From the NCBI RefSeq assembly GCF_000743755.1, contig NW_014569445.1, positions 1-33,567 of the forward strand: DNA of 33,567 nucleotides. Direction: 5' to 3'. The notes beneath the pieces were generated by a model, which was given only the letters and a program-made list of their open reading frames with translations, searched no databases and had not been told where the DNA came from. This DNA is from Blastocystis sp. subtype 4. Its lineage: Eukaryota. Below are positions 22,501-33,567 of this stretch, in pieces. How positions within the stretch are numbered: the stretch's first letter is position 1; each line of letters begins with the position of its first letter. Position numbers and translations under genes: made by a program.

Positions 22501-25500
22501 AACATTCCGCAAATCGTTCATCGTTCGACTCACACCCAACCAGTTGTTCCGGGGGAATTCCTTTGGAGCAGTGGATGCTTCAAATCGTAATAATCTTACC
22601 CATTTCATGGCGATTTCTGGTGTTCCAAAAACCAGTTCGATTTTGACGGAATGGACATCCAAAGCAATTGTTCGATTCATCAAGAGCAGATGTGTATTGA
22701 AGATAAAATAGCCCTGTTTCGATGGATGAATCAGAATCAGATGAAGTGAAGTCAGTTGACGAATCAGATCATCGAACGAGAGATCTGCATTGATATGGTG
22801 CAAAGCAGTCTCTAAAGAAGCCATTGTGAAGGAGGAATGAACCAGCGGAATGAGCTGATAGAGCAATGTGAGAAGATGAGGTGGAGCATCGATCTTCTGA
22901 TAATCAATACCCACTGAACGTAAAGGTAAAGCAAGCTTGACAGTTGAATGCTTCCCTCGGACTCGTTTCCCTAATCCAGCTCGCTTGTACAACAGAAGAA
23001 TATGATCACTCAGTCGAGCTGATCGAACACATTCACGTCTCCCTACTCTCACTTTGACCTCACTTACTTCATGGCAATCTTTCTTACGAGGAACAAGTGT
23101 CAGAATATGAACCTTCTTCTCTTCATGATCTTTCACATGAATACACTCCTCAATGGATTCTGCTCCCATTGCTGTACAATGCCAAGCAGGAAGTTTTACT
23201 CGCAAATCATCACCTAGCAATGGCTCATCTGTGATCCAATCGTAACTACTAAAACTAGGTACTTCATGAAGAGGAGTTGAATCCTCGAGTTGCGACACAT
23301 ATACCGAAAAAGGACAATAATTACGGATAATAACAGAAGGGGCCGAATTGTGAGTAGTGATCGATGTGAGAAGGAATGATGATGTGGCTAACGTATTCAC
23401 CGAAACTACCAAAATCTGTCCCGTGTCTGGATTCCATGTTTTGACACACATCTTATCTCCTTCGCGAACAGAAAAATGGCCCGAAAACTGCCATTCTGGA
23501 TCTTGTTTACAGATCTGAAGACTCAGATGGGAAGAAGAATCTTGGAAGTGAATAAGACATCTTGATCCCGCAGGAATCACGTAATAAAAAGGATCATGAT
23601 TAGAATGAAGGATAAAGATGTGTTCTGATTGGTTCCAGATCACATGTCTTGGTTGCAACACAAGGATCTGATTGGATGACTTAACAGTTTCTTTCTGAAG
23701 TCGAAATTGAAACAGAACATCACGATAGATATGATTATCATTGACTACGAATCATTCCACTCATTCTTTATCACTAGTTCCTTTCACACGACAATCAGCC
23801 TCCTGATCTTCACTGAGAAATAATGAACCCACAGATACACCACTATCACTAGTCTCAAAACTCATTGTGACATCTTTCAATCCCATTTCACTCAGAATAC
23901 AACTTCCAACACATTCCATTTCGTGTTCTGATTCATTCGTAAAGACTTTCTCCAGCATGCTGGCACTTGTCGTACAACTTACTACCGACCCTTCAATTCC
24001 ATGATATCGTGAACGCAACAAGAACCGCGGGAATTCACCAAAGTCTGTGACATACTCTCCGGCATCAACACGAATGATTACTTGAGGTTGAAGATACAAG
24101 AAGTAATAATCTCTATAAGAAGGTGTTTTGTCATCGGGGAATATTACTTTCCAACATTCACCTAACAAATCTTCAAAGGTTGTACTCTCATTCACCATGA
24201 ATGATAATACTTCCTTTTGATTGGTTGGAAGAGCCACAAGGCATGTAATTTGCTTTTCCACTCTCATTGTAGCAGCAAAATCAGCAAGGGATGAGAGAAG
24301 AGTTGTAGGGCGTTTAAAGGTTGCTTCTAGAGATTCTAATAATGACAGAAAACGAGGTGTTTTCTGAAAAGCATATTCGGTTGTGACTGGTGAGTCGAAA
24401 GAAAGAGGAGCATGAATCGCCGCCGTTCTCGTCATTGGAGTGGATTCCAGGAGAGTAGAAGAACTAATAGTTTCAGAGGAAGGAAAGATCCGAGTCAACA
24501 GTTGATTCTGATGAAGCTATCAATGAGAGAGTAAGAGAAGTTCTACCAGTAAAGTGAATGGGGTTTTATTAATGAATTGATTAGGTGCATTAATGATTAA
24601 CTCATTAGATACGAGATGTACTGTGAGAGTACTTCTGATCCGATCTTGATGCGTGACATCGAATGATTATTGAACCTTGTCATTCTTACCTTGAAGATGG
24701 ACTCGCTTCATGGATCGAATGGAATTGATAAGGATAGGTGACGAATAGCTGCAGCCCCACAACGAAAAACGTATTGTCAATTCATCAAGACTCAGATCTG
24801 TTGAGTGAATCGAAATTGTATGAAGTGGTGGAACAACACCACATGCAGCAATCTCATTTAAGGCATTCTCAATTGCATAGTTGACTGGATAAGTTAACTC
24901 ATTCACAATCTATCTATAAATTTGTTCAATCCAGTTACTACCTTCATAGTGCAATGAATCACAACGTCATACACCTCCAAATCAATCAGATTCACATTCT
25001 TCTTCTTCTCTTTTGTTGTTATGACATATCCTTTCCAATCTCGTTTCACTTTCTTCATTTCATTCATTCCTTTCAATCGTACCTCACAGCAACCAAACCA
25101 CTCATGACAATCACCTGTTGCTTGAAGGACAAGATTCGGTGGACACTTAAACACTGTGAATGCTGCCGTACTGTGTTGGAATGGTATGGATTCAATACTA
25201 ACAGATTGAGAAAATTCAATAGAAGGCAAATCACATCGAATAGCAATCGAATACGAACAACAGCTCATGTAGAATGGAAGGAAATGAAACGAATTTGGTG
25301 GAATGGAAAAATGTAGTAGTCTCTTGGATTCGTGAATCAACTCATTTGTCTGAAGTGAATATAAAAGGGTTTGATTTGTGGAATTCCTGAAACAGATAGG
25401 AGGCTGGAGAGTTAACGTCAGTGGATTCAATGTGATATGGGCAAGAATGTAATGATGGATTGTTTGTGATGAGACTGAAAGAAGAATGTGCTCTATCTCT

Positions 25501-28500
25501 CATCTCATACATACTCACCTACTCTCCTGATTCATCACAATACGAACGTCACTACTGCAACTCTCTTCAGCGTAATACGAATCCAAATGAGAGATTTCTA
25601 CTGCAAACACTGTTTCGGTGTTGTCCTCCACTGGATGATAACAGAAATGTTCATCACTTTTGACAGAAATCGCGGTGATCTCAGTTAGTTGTTTCTTTTT
25701 CGATGACTCAGTATGAACACGATAGAGAGTTACTAGTACGTCCTGACCCAATTCATTCACAATACTATAAGTGATCTATAAATATACATGAACTACTGAA
25801 TATCATCTTCGTGACTCTCTTGAGATGCCAAAAACAAATTCGATTTCAGTAATTCCAGAAAAGCATAAGAACAATTCAGATTCAGTGGTCTTAACATATC
25901 CAACATCACAGTCAATGTTCTATCCATCAAAAACAATATTCTATCCTACGTTCCAGCAACGTCCAAATTCGTCCCTATATTGGTCATTTCTAACCATGGC
26001 TCACATAGATTAATGCGACGATTGTAATAGTCACCTGAAATCGAACACGTCATATCTCCATGAACCTACGGAAAAACAAAGAAATAATGGAATACGCAAA
26101 CTCCCGATACAATCAATCCAGCCTTCAATTGAGCCATAGAAAAGGACAACAATGGGACCGAAGTTCCTTGGAACCACACTGATAAATCCTTCTCAATCTC
26201 CACATCAACCTCAATACGGCCTCGAAGCACCTCTGCTTCGTCCTTCGGTGATTCAGTGACATCCGATAGATCCCCTTCAGAATCATCTCTACAACTCATT
26301 CACAGTCTCATCACTGACTCCTCACTGACAGCTTCTGATTCGGCAGGAATTGGTGAAGGGAGGAAAAGAGCATGATTCTGATCACTAGTGGAAAGAGAGC
26401 TGTAGATGGAACGTCTCTCGATGTTCAGAGGTTTGGGTTCTTCATAATAGAAGTCACTATGATCACTGATCGTTGAAGGAGAACCAAGATATGATACAGC
26501 ATTCTGGAGTTGAAAGGAAAGAATTCCCACAATTTCTGGAACATCCGAAAACTTCAGTACGATTTCAGATTGGTGAAAGGACATGGCTATTATTGTCATA
26601 ATGGGAGATGTGGGAGTTTCATCCATAGGTTCTGTTCGATAGGATGCATTCAGATCAAGATTAGACACTGCATGTGGATTGTCAAAAATCCTTACAAATC
26701 TTGTTACTTGAATATCTCTTACAATAACATTACAGTCACAATCCATAGTTCGTTTGCCAGAATCCATAACACACTTCACCCCACATTGGATCTTGACAGC
26801 CACACATATGCGATTACTATTGGTTCGCATTCTAAATACAGTGGTATTAGCTGGATGCAGTCCATCAGACAGTTCGACATCCTCTTCAGGAAGACTTGTC
26901 GATCGCATCAGAGCTGCTGTGAGATCAGAGCATTGGACCTGATAGTAACCAATCTTGGCTGGCCATGTGGAAGACTGAGGAAGATCGAAGGTCGCCCAAA
27001 TAGGGTCAGTAAGCCAAGTATAAAGCAGAAGAAAAAAACGAGGTCGCATGTTCACAAGGAAATGTGAGAGTGTGAGAGATAGAGTACGTTGGGTCATGGT
27101 TTCTGTATCTGTGAGAACAATAGCAGGAACAGAGAGATTCAAATTGATATCGATAGGAAGGGAAGAGTGATAATCATGAAGATTTGCGGGGAATACAGTA
27201 ATGTGAACAGAATCAGATAGGAAGACTGTAGGTATTACAATTGATACGTGTGTCGTGGTATTGTGGAGGTAGCAATTCAATTGAACTTGATCACAACACA
27301 TCATTCCTAATACAGAGGTAGTATTCGCATTGCTGATGATAGGTCGAACCATGCACTTGTTGAGTGTGACCGTCATCACACACCAACAATCTCCACATCC
27401 AGCAATCCATTCATGGGGCCAGTGACACTTCAAACACACAGGTACCGAGTTGTCTACACATACAGTTGGCAATTCACTTAGATTTAAGAAGAAGAATAAA
27501 AGACAATCATTATACTGTGAGTTGAGAAGATTCAAGGAACATTCCTGAACTGTCACATTCACTTCCATTGGTAAACCAGAATTCGGAATTGCTTTGGCCC
27601 GAATATGGGTTGCCATAAAACGATCATATTTCAGCAAATGTGTTTCGGATGGGAACTGAGTAGGATCAGGTCTATTTGTCGCCGGAAACACAACAGATTG
27701 ACGGAAAGAGACATTCAACGTAATGTCATCAGCAATAAGCTGGTCACTGTAAGTACTGTACAATCGAACATGCCAGACATGTACAAGGAACCGTGGGAAT
27801 ACAAGAGAATCATCCAAAGAATCCATAAGCTGGAATAATCCAGAATTCCATAAGTCGGTAGCATTTCGGTCACCTCTTCGAAGTCGACGTTGCAATCCAC
27901 TAGGAAAGAATCCAGTACGGAGAAGAGTCCCAGAGGGAATCGAGGCCATTCGAACTTTGTGAGTTGAAATAACAATATCCCCGAGATCCAACACAATACC
28001 ACGGGAATCGTTAGTTTCATGCGGTAGAATTACAGCCAGATTCCATGCTCGACACTCGATCAGTGGATAGAATCGAACGAACTCTTCAAATTCTTCAGAA
28101 GAGAGAGGTGATTGACGGAAAGGGATAAAAGAAGAGAGAGGCGAAGAGAGACTTGGTGTGAGAGGAGACGAATGAAGACGACGGCTACGTTGATGGGGTG
28201 TAGAAGGGTTCAAAACCTGTTGGAGAAGAGGATAAAACGAACCAAAGAAGTAACTATTTGTGGAAATAAATAAGATAGCCTACTTAGCAATCTCTAGCAT
28301 CTGACGAACAAGAAGAGAAAACACAGCATTCTTTACAAGCACCTCAATCACAGGATAATCCACACCTTCTTGTTGTCGCCAACTCACACATATTTCGACA
28401 TGAAAACTCCCACTATCAGCCTCATTACGAACCCCTGGAACATCTCGACCTTGAAGAATCTGAGTATAAATACATATGCAAATTCCCTACTGAGTGAGTG

Positions 28501-31073
28501 ATACTCTCTGTGGTGTAATCTGTCCAGTAGATTCCTGCACACTTTGCCCCACACTCAATACTACCTACCACCAAATCATCATTCAAATAGTGCCGCGGAA
28601 ATCCGAATTCGAAATCGATAGAAGGAGCAGTGAGATTCTGAAAGAGTTTTTGATTGTAAGACAGATCCAGAGAAAGAAGAGGTGACGTGGCACAAACCAA
28701 GAAGGTGTTTTGGAATTCACATTCATCACACACCTCAAAATGGGTCTCATCTTGATTGAGTTGAATCAAATCGATAATAGTTAGAACGGCATGAACCAGA
28801 TCACTTACACACACATCATCCAAATGAATCTCAATCACTCCTAAATCTGCCATTACCAAGTATGAACTCCCAAAAGACAGTGGTAACATTGATGACAATG
28901 CACAAGTAGTTTCACGAGAATTCAGATAATCGGTAACAATCCGAGCATTTCCCGTGGGAACAATATGAGGTCGCTGTATTAAGTGAATCGAAGAGGATGA
29001 AATCGTTATGAGTTCTGTCATGCCAGGTTTCAACTGTTGATATCGCTGACAGGCATTTTCCCATGAAGATGATGAAACTGAACCGTTATATCCAGTCAAT
29101 GTCTCTAGCATTAACGGAGATGCAAGGTGTTGAAAGCGCGATACAAAGGAAAGACTATTAAAGGATGTCAAGAGATCGAATTGTTGGGATCCCCATTTCA
29201 AATTCAAGTCGATTATATCCAAGTCCAAACAACAGAACGTTTCATTGGTGTCTTGATTACAAACGACATCATTCTGAATGGCTAATGACAGAAAAGGACA
29301 CGAAATATGGAATTCCCAGTCAGCAGGAGAATAACACACAACAGATGGAAAGTGCAACGCTATTCCTTCAGAAGATAGGAAAGGAGGAAGAATCTTGAGC
29401 ATCGAGATCATTGCTTCTCGATCTATTCTCAAGTATAGAGGTGGTAGAATGCATTCAACATGATTGATTGGAGGATGCAAATAGAAATAGTTGGAATATG
29501 GCTTGCTTAACCATTCATCTGGTAATTCGATATACTTTGATTCTTCCCAAAACCATGGTGATTCGGTCCAAGCATGTTCAATCAGACTCCAAGAAGAGAC
29601 AGATGGAGATAAAATGGCTGAAAAAGAAATTTCGATTGGTGAACACTGCAGAACTGAAGACGAATTTGCCATGAGATTGAACTGCTGGATCCGTAGTACT
29701 TGGTTTTCTAAAGTAACGTCCTTCAACGATAGAGAGAGAAGAGAAGCATAATTGATTGTGAATGATGGCATATCAATGGTGACCGGAATCGGTAATATTG
29801 ATGAAGAAACAGAAATCGAAGCGATTTCGGTTTTCTTGAGTCGAGAAAAAGAGAATTGTTGGTGTTTACAATGATATAGGTGTGGGGAAGATGGTAAGAG
29901 AGAGAAAAGGGAAACAAAGCGTAAGAGAAGGGAGAGAGTGTCTGGTAGTATCGAAATGGTTGTCTCAGCAATGTGAATATGATGGGATTGAATGGAAATG
30001 GACTGAATGTTAACAAAAAGAAGAATACTTACGATGAGTGACGAATTGTATTGAATGGATGTGAGAAGAGATAGAGAATCAAGAGAGGAGTTCACGATCG
30101 AACATTTGAGAGAATCAAGAGACATGATCATCTGAATCTTATTCTGAGAATCCACGACCGCCAACTGTATCGAAAAGTGGGAAACAGAAAAGTGGAGTGG
30201 AGGAAGCCAAAGAAAGGATGGAGATGAATCAGAATATATAGGAGTGAAAACACAAAGAGATCGAATGATGGGGAAAATAGAGAGAAGAGCTGAATAGTCA
30301 GCACGAACAATCAGAGACTCTGGTACGTCCTGTGAAATTGAGACGAAGAGATCTAGTTTTGTTCGATTAAAAAGAGAAGGTAGACAACAATCACAATGAA
30401 TTGATGATGGTAGAGACAGGAGAACAACACTGCGATGACTAAAAATACTATTTGCAGTTAGAAAAACACCTCCAATAGAACACTTCTTCTCCATTTGAGA
30501 ATCTATCGTACAAACAACAATGTGTTGAACAGATAGAGAGATCTGATTATTCTACATATGAAACAGCGAATATGCCCAAACGCTTTCATCCAGAATCTGC
30601 AAAAGCACCTTATCTACACGAATATCGATGAACCTCATAGCCCATAACACGAACCGTAAAAGAAAATGCATCAAAGAAGGAAAGAGTGAGAATAGTGAGC
30701 TTCGTGAAAACTGGATCTCCGATCCAGAAAACAGATCAATATGCTCTTGCTTTATCGAATCTACGAGCATATTCACATACACATTTGAGATGTGTAGTGA
30801 TAAAAGACATTTCCAGGATGGTAGCAAGTATAGACGAATTGATCCAACACGAATAGTCTCAATATGAAGACACACTGTCAACATGTATCTACACTTCTCC
30901 ATTAACACATCGTAAATAGTTAATGTACCTTTAAACAGATTCAAAAAGATTCGTTTAATCTAGAATCATGAACAATCCTAGGGATTTACTTGAATTCCTC
31001 CCAAATGAACTCTTCGAACTATACAGCAGATAAGAGTCAAGATAATTAACAGCATAGCAAAACGAATGGACAT
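19579..31073 (-). CDS. VPS13: VPS13-family bridge-like lipid transfer protein, multi-exon; exact 5' and 3' ends uncertain
   Basis: Family-typical segments: GDYYNRRINLCEPWLE, PLNLNCSYAFLELL, PPICFRNST, LQPRHVIWNQS, PSVIIRNYC...WITDEP (VAB/SHR-binding region), LGLPGVGVSFIDETPTELMYLFL...QIGNIQID...FPALL, VDMLGN, GFVKGVAGLAVKPAVGVLD and RSPRAFSSQGQIVPY. The ORF junctions I checked join through ~30-nt introns (e.g. 30960-30989, 30552-30581). The C-terminus is PH-like. Confidence 0.85.
19581..19588 (-). terminator. Variant 3'-end motif TGTTTCTT of the VPS13 gene
   Basis: AAGAAACA on the + strand is a 7/8 match on the - strand, at the end of the VPS13 frame. Confidence 0.6.
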
Positions 31074-31678
31074 TGGGACAATTACGACATAGGATGACGA
31101 AAACACAATGTCGCAAGAATCGACAATACATTCTCATCGTACCTAGAAAGATGTCAATTTGTTTAGGACAATGAGTTATCGCATTTGATCAACTAGTAAC
31201 GTTCCATTCCCTTTGACTCAATTTGATGGTTGCTTTGTTATTCCTCCACTTGACTCTGAATCTAGATGATTTCTACGCCAAATTTAAACGATAATGGATC
31301 ATCCAATTGGATCAACCTCATACTCTCAATAACCTTCTTTTTGTACATAGCTCCTTCCAATATTTCCAGAGAATATCCTATAACAGTCTTTTAGTGTATC
31401 TAGTAACAAATTTCTCTTTCTTCTTCTTTGTATGGTAATAGATACAAATTTCAAGTTGATTACACTGTTATCTGAGTGTTACTGTACGGAGAGTCGTGGT
31501 TATCCCCAAACAATTCCAATGTTACCTTTTCAGAAGTATCGATAATATGAGTCCAATTACAGATAATCAAAAGGAGGCAAAATGATGATAATGAATTCGC
31601 AGATTCTGGCCTTTTTTTGGACCAACTTGTGGGACATAATCAGGTTACAGTCGTTTGCAAGGAACAGCATATCTTATC

Positions 31679-33567
31679 ATGTATAGATCCATTTTATTTA
31701 TTTCGCTATGTTTCCCTCCTATATACCTTTTCATATTTAGGTTTTCTTACTTGTTCTATGGATTGTGCTTCTGATCAAGACTATGTCAAAATCACTAAGA
31801 AAACAACAAGTCAAGCAAGTCATGAATCGTTTCAGATTGTTTCAGGGTTCTCTGTTCTATTTTCATCTTCTCCTTTCAAGGACAATGAAGTATATGTAAA
31901 TGAGACCTGCTTAACTACTTCTTCTACTCATATCTACACTCTTGTTATGAGCGATTCAGCAGGTGATGGATGGCAAGGTAGTTGGATTACACTAAGCGAT
32001 ATCAATGAGAATGCTGTATTTAAGAGTTCTATGATTCATTCTTCTCAGGAGGGTTATCAGTTCGCTCTCTATTCGCCTATTCATAAGAATGATACATGGA
32101 AATTTTCTAATTCTTATCATTCTCAATGGGCTACCAATTCATTCAATGATAATCAATGGACATCAATCACTCTCGGATCTACTTCTGGTTCTTCTCCGAG
32201 TACTCAGTATTTCAGGAAATCATTCAATGGAATCACTGGAATGGCTTCTATCGATATTCAATTCTACTATTCTCATGGTATCATTGCTTATATCAATGGA
32301 ATTGAAGTATTCAGAGACAATATGCCTGATGGAACCATCAATCATTCCACTCTCGCTACTAATTCATATTCTTATTCTGATTATCGAGGAACCATTCTTC
32401 CTGCCTTCTATGGAGAGCAAGAAGAATCTGTATTATCTGTTGAACGTCATTTTACTTCGATTGCTATTAGAGTAATTGATTTTAATTGTTTTGTGTCTTA
32501 TGGAGCTGGAATCTCTGGATTCAATCCTTGCTCTGTTTATTCGCATCCTATCTCTGTTACTGGTACTTTTGATGATTCTCCCTATAGTGTTGATTATAAT
32601 CATGCTAACTCTGCTACGAAAAATCCATCTGATCTTCCTGCCTATATTATTGCTTCATTTGGGAATGTTGTTCCCTTTATCAATTCTATTCGATTCTATC
32701 CTTATCAAGGTACAAATTGTTTTCCCTCTTCTTTTGTTGTTGAAGGAGGTGATTCTGAAAATTCCACTTCGTGGCATACCATCTTGACTCAGTACAATCA
32801 GACTTATATTTGGCGTGCATGGAAACAATGGACATTTAGTACTCCTTCTCCCTTCCAATCTATCAAATTCATTGTGAATTCTGTTCTCTCGCCAACTACG
32901 GCTATACTTCATGAATTTCAATTCATGATTTGTAATCAGGAAACGTCTCTGTCTCTTCCTCCTTATTCTTTCTTCATTGCTCAACAGACCATTTCATTAA
33001 CAATTGATATGAATGGAATCACAAATTGTGTGGTGGCTCCTCCTCTTCCTCAAGGCCTAACCGTCAATCCTTCTACTTGTACCATCTCTGGATATGTAAC
33101 TTCTTCCTATTCATCTGTTCATACCGTCACTGCTGTTTCTGGCAAACTCTCTCATACTCGTCCTATTACTCTGACCATTTTAGTCTGTTATGAATCTCTA
33201 TCACTTCATCTCATTCATTCTACTCAATCTACTCAAGGACAAGGATTCACTATTCGTAATACTGTCACTTCTGCTATCTTGAAGCAAGTCTCTACTGAAG
33301 ATCAACTCTCTATTGGAGATACTCATTATGGTCTCTGTACTTCCAACTCGTTAGAAATCACTCTCTCCAGTTCTACTCTCTCTTGGTCTGCTGATTCTTA
33401 TATCTATCTCTATCAAATTCACAGTCCAGATGAAGAAGAACTATTGTTGAAGGCTCGATACGATTCACTTGTGAGTCATACTTACACATTCAGTGTTGAT
33501 AACTATAAGATCAATCGAAATGAACAATGGTACTATCGAATGAGTTCAATCCCTGATAACTGGTTTG
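31679..33567 (+). CDS. Secreted/surface protein with jelly-roll domains and a putative Ig (He_PIG-like) domain (3' end outside the window)
   Basis: ATG at 31679 plus a 31-nt intron at 31710-31740 gives MYRSILFISLCFLTCSMDCASDQ (signal peptide). The frame continues through MSDSAGDGWQGSW, TWKFSNSYHSQWATNSFNDNQW, QYFRKSF, IAYINGIEVFRDNMPDG and PPLPQGLTVNPSTCTISG, and appears open to the window end. Confidence 0.85.

Noticed and set aside
30509..30516. TGTTTGTA on the - strand, which could split the VPS13 5' region into a separate gene
   Set aside because: It is an imperfect match inside an exon that reads through in frame to ORF 28425..30494.
1..33567. CRISPR arrays, transposons, rRNA/tRNA genes and prokaryotic operon or defence systems
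   Set aside because: The sequence is intron-rich eukaryotic DNA. I saw no spaced direct repeats, terminal repeats, transposase/RT motifs or structured RNA signatures by eye.

Overview
This is gene-dense, AT-rich eukaryotic nuclear DNA, most likely Blastocystis (a stramenopile gut protist). The assignment rests on many 28-36 nt GT-AG introns, intergenic gaps of about 50-200 nt, and the TGTTTGTT 3'-end motif just downstream of gene ends. The fragmented ORF track resolves into seven genes: (1) a secreted jelly-roll/discoidin-like protein running off the left edge (-); (2) a BLM/Sgs1-type RecQ helicase (-); (3) a PP2C phosphatase (-); (4) a small type II membrane protein (-); (5) a ~12 kb HECT E3 ligase with four SPRY domains plus WWE, LamG and MORN elements (+); (6) a ~11.5 kb VPS13-family protein with an atypical hydrophobic N-terminus and extra domains (-); (7) a second secreted jelly-roll/putative-Ig protein related to gene 1, running off the right edge (+). 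The most notable signals are at 3' ends. The RecQ stop codon appears to be made by polyadenylation, a phenomenon already known in Blastocystis. The convergent HECT and VPS13 genes meet at a 16-bp quasi-palindrome of two back-to-back 3'-end motifs, with overlapping TAA codons on both strands. I saw no RNA genes, mobile elements or CRISPR arrays. All exon structures and domain calls were made by eye without alignment tools.
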